Assembly (NCBI GenBank): GCA_028864975.1
Contig: JAGWLG010000003.1
Coordinates: 32,001 to 96,000, forward strand
Source: Thermoplasmata archaeon
GTDB taxonomy: Archaea > Thermoplasmatota > Thermoplasmata > Lutacidiplasmatales > UBA184
Length of the DNA stretch: 64,000 bases
Direction: 5' to 3'
How positions within the stretch are numbered: the stretch's first letter is position 1; each line of letters opens with the position of its first letter. The notes under the pieces are model-generated. The model had not been told where the DNA came from. It saw only the letters and a program-made list of their open reading frames with translations, and did not search any database. The position numbers and the translations under genes were made by a program. This document shows, in pieces, positions 20,407-29,217 of this stretch.

Positions 20407-20432
20407 TATAGTGAATGTTTACATTTAGTATA
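20407..20432. promoter_or_regulatory. AT-rich inverted repeat (probable vapBC promoter/operator)
   Basis: TATAGTGAATGT-TT-ACATTTAGTATA: 10 of 12 arm positions complementary, immediately upstream of the antitoxin ATG. Confidence 0.65.
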
Positions 20433-20655
20433 ACGCTTGCGACGCTGCCGCGCCCTGTAGGAAAGCCAGGGTCCGATCCCCTCCTAGAGAAAGGAACGAG
20501 GACCACGGGATCGAACCAGCGCAAGGGCGAGCGGGGGACCTTCTCGGGAGGAGAGGGGCGCGGGACGGCGTGGAGGCTCTTCCCCCTCGGAAGGCGGGGT
20601 CGAACTCGCGGAAGTGGCCCGCCGTCGCGCCGATGGACACCGCCTGAACGGGCCA

Positions 20656-21669
20656 CTACAGGGGCGGCCGCTCCGCCAACGAGGGGGCTGTCGCGCGCGG
20701 GGCATACTTCCCGGGCTCCATGAAGACCTGCTGGGCATCGATGACCCAGCCGTCCTTGCTCTTCGCGATCTTCGGGCTGTCTAGGAGCGCGCGTCCCAAA
20801 GCCACCAGCTCCCCGTGTCGGGTGACGAGGACGACCCGCTGCCCCTCCATGAACGCCCCCACGATCTTCAGGATCCCCCCGGCCGCGAGGTCGGCCCCAT
20901 GCGCTAGCGCATCGACGGCGCTGTCCTTGATCACGACCTGAGGGAACCTTCCCCACACCTTGATGGGCGGCTGAAGGCAGGCGAGCAGACCCTGCGGGGA
21001 CCCCTCGCGCGCCGCGGCGACCAGGTCCGCGAGCGAGGAGAGGGAGAGGATCTCGCCCTCGGTGAAGGGCCCGGTCGCGGTCCTTCGGAGCTCCACCATG
21101 TTCGCCCCCGGGCCGAGCGCCTCGCCCAGGTCGACGGCGAGGGTCCGGATGTACGTCCCCGAGTCGCACTGGATGTCGAGGAGGACCTCCAGCCCCCTGC
21201 GCTCCAGGAGGGTCAGCTTGTGGATGACGCGGACCCGGCGCTCCCGACGGACCGCCGAGCGGACCGGAGGAAGCTGGAAGATGGGCCCCTGGAACTCCTT
21301 CAGGACGCGCTCCAGCTCCGCGTTGGGGACCGGACCGTGGAAGCGGAAGACGGCGACGTAACGCTTCGGGAACTCGAGGATGAGCGGGAGGAGACGCAGC
21401 GCCTTCCCGACGGAGATCACGAGGACCCCGCTCACCCCGGGATCGAGCGTCCCCGCGTGGCCCGCACGCGCGACCCCCAGGAGGTCGCGGACCCAGGCGG
21501 TGACCTGGTGGGAGGTCGGTCCCCTCGGCTTGTCGATGATGAGGAAACCCCCTTCGGGCGGCAGGGGCAGGTCGACCTTCGGGGGAGAGGGGGCGAGCGG
21601 GGCCTTGGGGGGCTCGGGCGCGGCTCGAGCCGGTGGAGCGGTCGCGGCGCGCTCCGCCGGGGGGGTCAG
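20656..21669 (-). CDS. cbf5: Cbf5/TruB-family RNA pseudouridine synthase (probable CTG start)
   Basis: Open frame upstream of the listed ORF gives FLIIDKPRGPTSHQV...AGHAGTLDPGVSG, then SGTYIRTL, ELRRT, PUA domain (KDSAVDALAHGADL). Start inferred. Confidence 0.88.
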   Translation of the reverse strand: MTPPAERAATAPPARAAPEPPKAPLAPSPPKVDLPLPPEGGFLIIDKPRGPTSHQVTAWVRDLLGVARAGHAGTLDPGVSGVLVISVGKALRLLPLILEFPKRYVAVFRFHGPVPNAELERVLKEFQGPIFQLPPVRSAVRRERRVRVIHKLTLLERRGLEVLLDIQCDSGTYIRTLAVDLGEALGPGANMVELRRTATGPFTEGEILSLSSLADLVAAAREGSPQGLLACLQPPIKVWGRFPQVVIKDSAVDALAHGADLAAGGILKIVGAFMEGQRVVLVTRHGELVALGRALLDSPKIAKSKDGWVIDAQQVFMEPGKYAPRATAPSLAERPPL

Positions 21670-22223
21670 GCGGGTGCGGGCTCCGCGAGCCGTACGTCCT
21701 CCGGGAGCCTTTCGTAGATGGTCTGGACGACCTGGCGGGCGTCCAGTCGGGTCGAGTCGATGCCGACCTCGTAGTGAAGTTCGTTGAGCTCGATCCCGTA
21801 GTACTTGCGGTACCGCGCCGCCTCGCTCGCCTCCCGCACGCGCATCGCCGGCAGAACGAGGTCCGCGGGCACGCCCTCGCGTCGTCCGATGCGCTGGGCC
21901 CGGGTGAACTCCGCTGCGGTGATGTAGATCCGGATCACGGGGATGAAGCGCCGGACCAAGAGCTCGCCGATGATCCGCCCTTCGAGGATGCGGTGCGGCG
22001 AGGCCAGCCCCACCATGGTCTCGTCGAGCGTCTTGTCGATGCGGTCATCCCGCAGGGCCATCTCCCCGAAGGTACGGAGGTCGACGCCCCTTCGGCTCGC
22101 CTCGCTGCGGAAGATCTCCCCGGCGCTCACGTACTCCCGGTGGAGGAGGTCCGCCAGCTTGCGCCCCGCGGTCGACTTCCCGCTACCGGGGGGGCCCCCC
22201 ACCGTCAACACGGAGCCCTTCAT
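21666..22223 (-). CDS. cmk: Cytidylate kinase (archaeal)
   Basis: GGPPGSGKST P-loop, SAGEIFR, D..ID, RA.RI..RE, RY.KYYGI. Confidence 0.9.
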   Translation of the reverse strand: MKGSVLTVGGPPGSGKSTAGRKLADLLHREYVSAGEIFRSEASRRGVDLRTFGEMALRDDRIDKTLDETMVGLASPHRILEGRIIGELLVRRFIPVIRIYITAAEFTRAQRIGRREGVPADLVLPAMRVREASEAARYRKYYGIELNELHYEVGIDSTRLDARQVVQTIYERLPEDVRLAEPAPA

Positions 22224-23542
22224 GCGCCTCCCAGGGGAGGTTCGACCGGCACAAGAGGCGCCGGCTCGGCATCGGGGAGCTTCTGCGCGAGCGCGGCGTG
22301 CTTGAGGTACCGACGGAAGATCAGGTTCAGCGGCACGGTGTACAGGCTGAAGGCCGCGAACCAGAGCGGGAAAGGCCCGAACTGTCCGAGCAGGTTCGCG
22401 GGGTCACCGAACATCAGGACAGAACTCCCCTTGCAGGCGAAGGGCGGGACGGGCACCGAGGGGGGGGAGACGGTCGTGGTCCCGTACTGGAGGCCCTGGA
22501 ACCCCCAGCCCACGGACCCCCGCGCGTCGATGATCAGCAGGGTGATGGTGTAGGCTCCCACAGCCTGGGGTTTGAAGCTCCACGTGCTGAACGTACTGCC
22601 CTTCCCGTGGGGGCCGCTAGCATTCTCGATCGCCCCGCCCGTCGAAAGCCCGGTGGCCCACCAGGTGTAGTTGTAGGGGGCATATCCGCCCGGCGGGGCC
22701 CCCGCAACGGGCCCCAGGACCGACGCGGTCAAATTGAACGAGGCCGGGCTGCCCACCGGGAGCACGGTCGCCGACGGCCCGATGGCCGGGCGCGGGCATT
22801 GTTCCGCGATGTAGAGCCCCATCCAGGTGTAGATGGCGATCAGCAGGACCCAAGTGATGACCATTCCCTTGAACTGTGCGATGGTCACCTTGCTCTGGCG
22901 GACCTGGATCGCGTCCATGTGAGGCTTCAGCGCCTCCATGTGCTCCTTCTTCTGGCTCCGAACGGCCTTCATCCAGAGCGGGCGGATGGCGGCCTGGTGG
23001 TGCGCCACCGTGGCGGACTCGATCCAATCGGTGGTGAAGTGGTAGGCGACCGCCGAGAGCCCCATCTCGAGCGCAGCGGCGAAGAACATCGTGGCGAGTA
23101 GGGCGTGTCCCCCGAAGCCGAAGGCGGGCGCGAGGAGGCCGCCGAACGCGAGGGCGATGGAATTCCTCGCGCTGTTGTCGATGAGCATGTAGAGGCCCAT
23201 GAATCCGAGGAAGAACAGAATGAACCGGCTCACGCCCTTGCGGAGCTCGCCCTTCGCCTTCGCCGCCTGTTCCTTGCGGCGAGCGGCCTCCTCCTGGGAG
23301 ACCTCTGGCTCTTCCTCTTCGTCCTCCTCGTCCTCCTCCTCGCCCTTCCCAGCGCCCTTGGCTTCCACCTTCCCCGCGGGAAGGGGGGACGTCGACGCCG
23401 CAGGCTCGGGGGTCGAGGAGGGGAGGGGCGCGTCCTGAGAGGGGAGCGGCTCGTTGGAAGAGGACGGGCTGGCCACCGGCTCGTCAGACTTCGCGGGACC
23501 CGTCCCCCCCGAGGGGAAGAACGGGTCGATGGACGGGCTCAC
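22220..23542 (-). CDS. DUF106/EMC3-TMCO1-like (Oxa1 superfamily) membrane protein with inserted Ig/PKD-like domain
   Basis: Conserved position between secY and cmk; TM-coiled coil-TM topology (QFKGMVITW) and final PFPLWF..FSLYT.PL helix. Confidence 0.75.
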   Translation of the reverse strand: MSPSIDPFFPSGGTGPAKSDEPVASPSSSNEPLPSQDAPLPSSTPEPAASTSPLPAGKVEAKGAGKGEEEDEEDEEEEPEVSQEEAARRKEQAAKAKGELRKGVSRFILFFLGFMGLYMLIDNSARNSIALAFGGLLAPAFGFGGHALLATMFFAAALEMGLSAVAYHFTTDWIESATVAHHQAAIRPLWMKAVRSQKKEHMEALKPHMDAIQVRQSKVTIAQFKGMVITWVLLIAIYTWMGLYIAEQCPRPAIGPSATVLPVGSPASFNLTASVLGPVAGAPPGGYAPYNYTWWATGLSTGGAIENASGPHGKGSTFSTWSFKPQAVGAYTITLLIIDARGSVGWGFQGLQYGTTTVSPPSVPVPPFACKGSSVLMFGDPANLLGQFGPFPLWFAAFSLYTVPLNLIFRRYLKHAALAQKLPDAEPAPLVPVEPPLGGA

Positions 23543-23545
23543 GCC

Positions 23546-25309
23546 TCACTCCCCGCCCAAGAAGCGCCTCAGGAGCGGGTTCATCTCCATCAACTGTTCG
23601 CGCCCCATCGCCTCGTAGAGATTGATGATGATCCCTACGGTGAGCAGCACGCCCGTCCCCGAGGCGTTCCCGACCGTCCCGATAAGGTCCGCCCCCGCGG
23701 CGAGCGCGCCCACCGCGGCCCCCGAGAGGACCGTGATCACGGGGATGTAACGCTCGAGCACACGTCGGAGGACGCGCGGGTCCCGGCGGAACCCGGGGAT
23801 CTGCATCCCGCTGGCCTCGATCTGGCGGGCCACGGCCTCGGGCCCCATGTTCGTCGTCTGGATCCAGAACTTGGCGAACATGATCGACCCACCGACCATG
23901 AGCGAGAAGTAGACCAGGATGTGGATCAGGTCCTGGAATGCCGTATGGCCCGTGAGGAAGTTCCCATAGATCGAGGGGTTCAGGATGGGCAGCAGCCAGC
24001 TCTCGAGACCGTTCGGTGTGGAGACGTAGTACGCCCCACCCGTGAGCGGCGTCGAGGTCGAGATCCCTAACGCCTGGGCCTGCGTCTGCGAAGCGTAGCT
24101 TCCGATCCACCACTGGTGTCCCACGCCCGGGAAGTTCATCAGCGTCGGGTTCGACCAGAGCAGGATCGAGAACATGGAGACGTTGGCCAGCAGGGCGGCC
24201 ATCAAGATCACGGGGATGTTCGAAGCGTAGATCAACCGCAGCGGATAGCGCCCGCGCGCCCCGCGCGCCTCGGCGTGCGAAAGCGGCAGCTCGATGCGGG
24301 TCGACTCCGTCCAGGCGACCAGAAAGAAGATGGAAGCGGTCCCCGCTAAGGCGATGATCGGGTTAGGATAGCGCAGCAGGATCTCCTCGATCCCGCCTCC
24401 CGCGAGCTGTCCCGCATTGAGGTGCGTCAGGAAGAACCAGGTCTTGAAGATGGTCCCGGCCGGCGGGTTGCTGACGGAGACCGGCTGCTGCGGGTTCGTG
24501 GGCAGCCAGTTCACGGTCCCCGTGAAGATGGCCTGGGAGACGCCCGCGGCGATGAAGAGCGAGATCCCGCTGCCGATGCCCCACTTGCTCACGACCTCGT
24601 CCATCAGGAAGACGAGGTAGCTCCCGAAGGCGAGCTGGGCGATGATGATGGTGTCGGCGATGATCTGCCCGTTCCCTGGAGAGAACTGGTCGAGCGTCGC
24701 GACCAGGGAGGAGGAAGGGAAGAGGTAGCCGTAGACCTGAGGGATCGCCTCGGTCAGGATCATCGCGACGACCAGGATCTTCTGCGCCCCCTGGTACATC
24801 CCCTTGTCCTCGTCGTCGGTGAGGTCGAGGTTGATGATCTTCGCCCCGACGAAGAGCTGCATGATGATCGAGCCCGTAACGATGGGTCCGATACCCAGGT
24901 GCATGAGCGTGCCCTGGGCCCCGGCCAGGATGGCCCGGTAGCTGGCGAACAGGTCGATCGTCTGTGTTGGGTCGATCCCGTAGATGAAGATGTTCGTCAG
25001 GACGAAGTAGAGCAGCAGGACCGTCGTCGTCCAGAAGAGCTTGGTCCGGAAGTGGACATGGCCGCTGGATTTCGAGACCGCAGGGAGGCGCGAGGTGATG
25101 GGCTTCCAGCCGTAGAGCTTGGACTTGTCGCCATCGTAGCTGACGATCAGAAGGGCGAGCCCCTCGACGAAGAAGAGGAGCAGTCCGAGGAGAGCGACCC
25201 CGAGGTAGGTGGGATGGGCCCAGATCCAGTCCAGGTAGAGGATCAGCGCGCCGAACGCGATGAAGACCGGCGCGCTGCGCCAGTCCCGGGGGGTCTCCTC
25301 CTCGGCCAC
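23546..25309 (-). CDS. secY: Preprotein translocase SecY with N-terminal extra TM helices
   Basis: GTLMHLGIGPIVTGSII, DEVVSKWGIGSGISLFI, YPLRLIYASNIP, QIPGFRRDPR, GTGVLLTVGI; GTG 25309 with GGAGG upstream. Confidence 0.95.
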   Translation of the reverse strand: MAEEETPRDWRSAPVFIAFGALILYLDWIWAHPTYLGVALLGLLLFFVEGLALLIVSYDGDKSKLYGWKPITSRLPAVSKSSGHVHFRTKLFWTTTVLLLYFVLTNIFIYGIDPTQTIDLFASYRAILAGAQGTLMHLGIGPIVTGSIIMQLFVGAKIINLDLTDDEDKGMYQGAQKILVVAMILTEAIPQVYGYLFPSSSLVATLDQFSPGNGQIIADTIIIAQLAFGSYLVFLMDEVVSKWGIGSGISLFIAAGVSQAIFTGTVNWLPTNPQQPVSVSNPPAGTIFKTWFFLTHLNAGQLAGGGIEEILLRYPNPIIALAGTASIFFLVAWTESTRIELPLSHAEARGARGRYPLRLIYASNIPVILMAALLANVSMFSILLWSNPTLMNFPGVGHQWWIGSYASQTQAQALGISTSTPLTGGAYYVSTPNGLESWLLPILNPSIYGNFLTGHTAFQDLIHILVYFSLMVGGSIMFAKFWIQTTNMGPEAVARQIEASGMQIPGFRRDPRVLRRVLERYIPVITVLSGAAVGALAAGADLIGTVGNASGTGVLLTVGIIINLYEAMGREQLMEMNPLLRRFLGGE

Positions 25310-25350
25310 TTGAGCCTCCGCTGAGCTTCGCAAAGAGCTCCGGCTGGAGG

Positions 25351-25357
25351 TATATAT
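25351..25357. promoter_or_regulatory. TATA box between divergent secY and DNA methyltransferase
   Basis: TATATAT about 40-45 nt from both starts. Confidence 0.55.
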
Positions 25358-25400
25358 GCTCTACCGATAGCCGGCCCTCGAGGGAACGCCCGTTCGGGAC

Positions 25401-26426
25401 ATGCCTCGCCGGGAACAGGGTTCGGTCGTCCGGCCTCCCCTGTCGACCCCCACCCCCGGGGAGGGTCGGACGCATCATCGACCGGAGGGTCCGCGGGAGT
25501 TCTTGATCGGGCACCGCGAAGAGATACTTCAGGCGCTCTCGGGCCGGGACCTGACACCGCTCCACTTTGCTCAGGACTCGGGGGAGCCCGTCCCCCTTCC
25601 CGATGGCTCGGTCCAACTGGTGGTCACCTCTCCTCCCTACCCCTACATCGAGATGTGGGACCGATCGTTCGAGCGGGCGCTCCGATGGGAGCCGGGAACC
25701 CTGGCGAACGACCCCGATCGGCTCGAGGCGATCCATCACTACCTTGCCCGGACCTGGCGCGAGTGCTACCGCCTCCTACAGGAGGGAGGTCTCCTCTGCG
25801 TCAACATCGGGGATGCGACGCGTTCGGTCGGAGGGGAGTTCCGCCTCTTCCCGAACCACGCTCACGTGATCCGCGAGTGCGAGGAGTTGGGGCTGCGCTC
25901 GCTCGTCCCGATCCTGTGGAAAAAGCCGACGAACAAGCCCAACAGCTTCCTGGGAAGCGGCTTCGCGCCCCCGAACGCCTACGTGACGCTGGACTGCGAG
26001 AGCATCCTCATCTTCCGGAAGGGGGGACGACGCCTCCTCCCACCGCACGACGTGCTTCGAGCCGCCTCGCAGTTCTCCAAGGCAGAACGCGACCTGTGGT
26101 TCTCCCAGGTCTGGACGGTCCGGGGGGCGCCGCAGCGGGATGGGGCTGCCTCGTTCCCCGAGGAGATCCCGTACCGTCTGGTCCGGATGTTCTCGCTCCT
26201 GGGCGACACGGTCCTCGACCCGTTCGCGGGGAGCGGGAGCACGCTTCTGGCCGCCTGGCGCCTTGGCCGACGTCCGGTCGGGATCGAGCTCGCCTCCCCT
26301 CGACAGAGGAGGCTCGAGCCCCATGTCCCTACGGAGGGTATCGACCCCCGAAGGGTCCTGGGGCACCTCCTCGAGCTCTACCCGGACCGACCGACGGGAA
26401 CTTTGGGACCGCCGGGGCGCGGATAG
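25401..26426 (+). CDS. Orphan N4-cytosine/N6-adenine DNA methyltransferase (beta class)
   Basis: Motif IV VVTSPPY precedes motif I DPFAGSGST; also NIGDATR, PNH, ILWKKPTN, PPNAYVTL. Confidence 0.88.
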   Translation: MPRREQGSVVRPPLSTPTPGEGRTHHRPEGPREFLIGHREEILQALSGRDLTPLHFAQDSGEPVPLPDGSVQLVVTSPPYPYIEMWDRSFERALRWEPGTLANDPDRLEAIHHYLARTWRECYRLLQEGGLLCVNIGDATRSVGGEFRLFPNHAHVIRECEELGLRSLVPILWKKPTNKPNSFLGSGFAPPNAYVTLDCESILIFRKGGRRLLPPHDVLRAASQFSKAERDLWFSQVWTVRGAPQRDGAASFPEEIPYRLVRMFSLLGDTVLDPFAGSGSTLLAAWRLGRRPVGIELASPRQRRLEPHVPTEGIDPRRVLGHLLELYPDRPTGTLGPPGRG

Positions 26427-26479
26427 GGTGACGGCCCTACCCCGTCCGCGAGGAGGTGGTCGTCAGGCGGTTCCTCCGA

Positions 26480-27922
26480 TTAGAGGCTGCACGAGGTCCC
26501 CGTCGGCCAGACATGGAGGGCTCCTTGGTTGGGGTCCTGGTACACCGAGAAGTCGATGCATCCGGATCCGGTCGGATTGTTCACGCTCACGGACCAGGAG
26601 TGGTCGGTCTGGATCTGGTAGTCCAAGCTCCCGGAGATCCCCAACGACACCTCGACACCGGCATAGGGCACCCTGAAGCTCAGCGAAAGACCGAGGCTCT
26701 CGGAAATGTCGGAGGCGGTGGAGTGACTGGCGTCGCAGCTCACCGTCTGATCGGTGTCCTGAGCCGTCAGAGAGCAAACAAGATTGGCCCCCCCGTTCTG
26801 GGCCCACGATAGGCTCTCCGGGTCGATCTGGAGAGGGGCCGATGTGACCCTGTAGTAGCCGTCGTTCGAAGAGGGGTTGCCATGAATCACATTCTGCAGA
26901 ATGTACTCGCAGCAATAGGCGGAGCCCTCCGTGAACGTGTAGAACTGGCTCGTCATCTCGTCGACGAGCTCGAGCCCCGCGTAACAGCTCCCCTGACTGT
27001 AGGGACTCTGCTTGACCACACCCAGGCAGTTGTTCTCCGTGGGAGTCTCGGTCGTCTGACCGGAGCTCTGGCTCTCGGTGTTGGACCAGGTGGCCGAGCC
27101 CTGGGCGATGCCCACGCTCGCGGAGAGGGTCAGCGACTGGGTGGTCGACACCGTGCTGGAATAGCTGACGCTGGCAGCGCCTTCGGACAGCCACTGGGTA
27201 CCCGTCCAGGCCCCAGGGTCGTTAAAGAACGCTACGCCGGCCACGGAAGGTATCGGTACCTGGGCGGTGTCCGTGATCAAGAGCCCGGTGAAGGTGTTCG
27301 TCCAGAAGGTCTGGTCGAAGTAGGGCGCGGTGTCGGGCAGAAGGCCGTAGCAGGCGCCATCTTCCCAAGGATCCACGTCGATGCTGAGATAGTAGTAGTT
27401 CCCGTCGATGGCATGGTACTGGTCGAGCCAGGAGGGGTATCTCGCCTCGCCCGGCGGGATGTCCACCGCGAAGTTCCCGTTCGACCCCGTGGTCGTGCAA
27501 GCGAACCCCGTCGTCATCGCGCCGCCGTACCACCACTTCACGAGGACCACGACCCCGGTGGGGAAGGAGGCGGACCACGACATGTAGTTGTTCTGAGTGT
27601 CGAGGGACGGCGTCTCGATCGCGACCTGGCCGCTGACGAGAACAGGATTGCTCCCTCCGCTGCCACCTCCCGAACCTCCGCTGCCACCCGAACCCCCTGT
27701 CCCCCCGCTCCCTCCCCCACCACCATAGGCGATCATCCCGGAGGCGAGCGGAGCCATGGGACCGATGACCACAGCGAGGCTCGCGGCCAGGAGCAAGAGT
27801 GGCACGACCCGCGGCCCTCTCCGCGCGAGGGGCGATCCGTTCGAGCGCGAGCCTCGGTGGACCGACTTGGGGGCGTCTGGCAACAAGGGGAGCGCTTGGG
27901 TTGGGACGTCGTTCGGAGACAT
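26480..27922 (-). CDS. Secreted Cys-containing, Ser/Thr-rich beta protein with Gly/Ser linker
   Basis: Signal-like VVPLLLLAASLAVVIG, GGS linker, no C-terminal TM; TTTTGAAA about 25-30 nt upstream of ATG 27922. Confidence 0.7.
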   Translation of the reverse strand: MSPNDVPTQALPLLPDAPKSVHRGSRSNGSPLARRGPRVVPLLLLAASLAVVIGPMAPLASGMIAYGGGGGSGGTGGSGGSGGSGGGSGGSNPVLVSGQVAIETPSLDTQNNYMSWSASFPTGVVVLVKWWYGGAMTTGFACTTTGSNGNFAVDIPPGEARYPSWLDQYHAIDGNYYYLSIDVDPWEDGACYGLLPDTAPYFDQTFWTNTFTGLLITDTAQVPIPSVAGVAFFNDPGAWTGTQWLSEGAASVSYSSTVSTTQSLTLSASVGIAQGSATWSNTESQSSGQTTETPTENNCLGVVKQSPYSQGSCYAGLELVDEMTSQFYTFTEGSAYCCEYILQNVIHGNPSSNDGYYRVTSAPLQIDPESLSWAQNGGANLVCSLTAQDTDQTVSCDASHSTASDISESLGLSLSFRVPYAGVEVSLGISGSLDYQIQTDHSWSVSVNNPTGSGCIDFSVYQDPNQGALHVWPTGTSCSL

Positions 27923-28506
27923 CGCGTAAAAGTCCCCCGCCTCGGATTTCAAAAGGGCGGCAACAGATCTCCTCCAAACCGGCAGCACTTGCTCGCCCAT
28001 GTCACTGCATGGATACGCAGCGGAGGGGTGAGCCTTCACGAACCTGGTCCTGACGCCTGGCTAGCACCAGGGCTTGCGGTCCCGGTGTGACCTTCACTCT
28101 GGTGCTGGACCTGGGTGCCCACAGTTCCCGCCGCGGAGAAAGAGGGTCCGGGCCCCCTCGCAACGAACGGTGACCGACCTCCCGGAGCGTCCTCGAGCAC
28201 GTCTTCTGCGCATCCTGCACGCTCGCCATGGACGCCGTCCTCATCACCCGGTCCAGCGTGCGGCTCCCTAGGATCAGTCTGCGCTTCTCCGGAGCGGAGA
28301 ACGGGACCCCCGGCTCCGCCGCGTCGCTGTCAGCTCGACTCCCGGCCCGGGTCCTTGACCAGTGCTCCTCGCGTCTCGTCAGCAGAGAGGTCCTCGGCTC
28401 CCGTACCGAGTGCGTCTACACCTCTCGACGAAGGACTTCCTCCACTCCGGGCGGGCACGAGTGGCCTTCGGGTCCCGCACCTTCCTACTCGGGAGCGGGG
28501 CTCCCC

Positions 28507-28550
28507 TGAGCGCCTTCTCGGCCTGGAGGAGCGAGGAGAGCTCGCCTACG
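28507..28550 (-). repeat. Degenerate copy of an internal rpl15 segment (matches 29983-30035)
   Basis: 19-nt identity TGAGCGCCTTCTCGGCCTG plus near-identical GAGGAG.GAGGAGAGCTC.CC.ACG; encodes VGELSSLLQAEKAL vs VGELSSLLPLLQAEKAL. Confidence 0.7.
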
Positions 28551-28819
28551 GCGCGGCCTCGGAGTAAGCGACCGCCGCGTCCTAGAGGGCGGTCGGACAC
28601 CGTATCAAGGGACCGGCGAGATCGGGGCCGCCCCGTGGCCCCGGCTGAGAGGGTGGCGCGAATCAAGCATGCGCTTCGGTGCCATTCACCCGAAGACGCT
28701 CATCCTTGGCCACCGGATGATTTCAGGTCCCTGCAGCTCTCACCGATGCCCCACTTATCACCCGCGGCTCCCCGCGTCTTCCTCCGTCCCCCCTGACCTG
28801 GGGGCGGCGCTTGCCAGGC

Positions 28820-29217
28820 TCACTTCCAGACGGTCCTGAGGGACGGGAGCCCAGTGAGCACCTCATCGTTCGTCACCAAGACAAGGCCCATGGAGAGGGC
28901 GTCCGCCGCAATCGTCCTGTCGTGAAGCTCGGGACCGCGCAACCTGCGGAACCAGGCCCAACCGGTTTCAGAGAGATGCGACCTTACCAAGTACCCGGTC
29001 GATCGTAGGGCCTCGAAGACCTCCTCCACACCTGCGGGAGACCGTAGACGGACCCTCCCGTGTTCGACCAGCCACCGGAGCTCGGCAAGTGCGACCTCTG
29101 GGAGGAAGAGGCTCCCACGCCCTCTTCCGCGTCCCGGAAGGTGCCCAGGGCCCGAGAGGGGAGCGACCCTTCCAAGAGGCGTACCACCGCGAGGCTGTCA
29201 ACGACCGCGTAGGTCAC
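28820..29217 (-). pseudogene. vapC: VapC PIN toxin split by a 1-nt frameshift
   Basis: MTYAVVDSLAVV... in one frame; LFLPEVALAELRWL...HDRTIAADALSMGLVLVTND in another; shift near 29112-29120. Confidence 0.75.
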
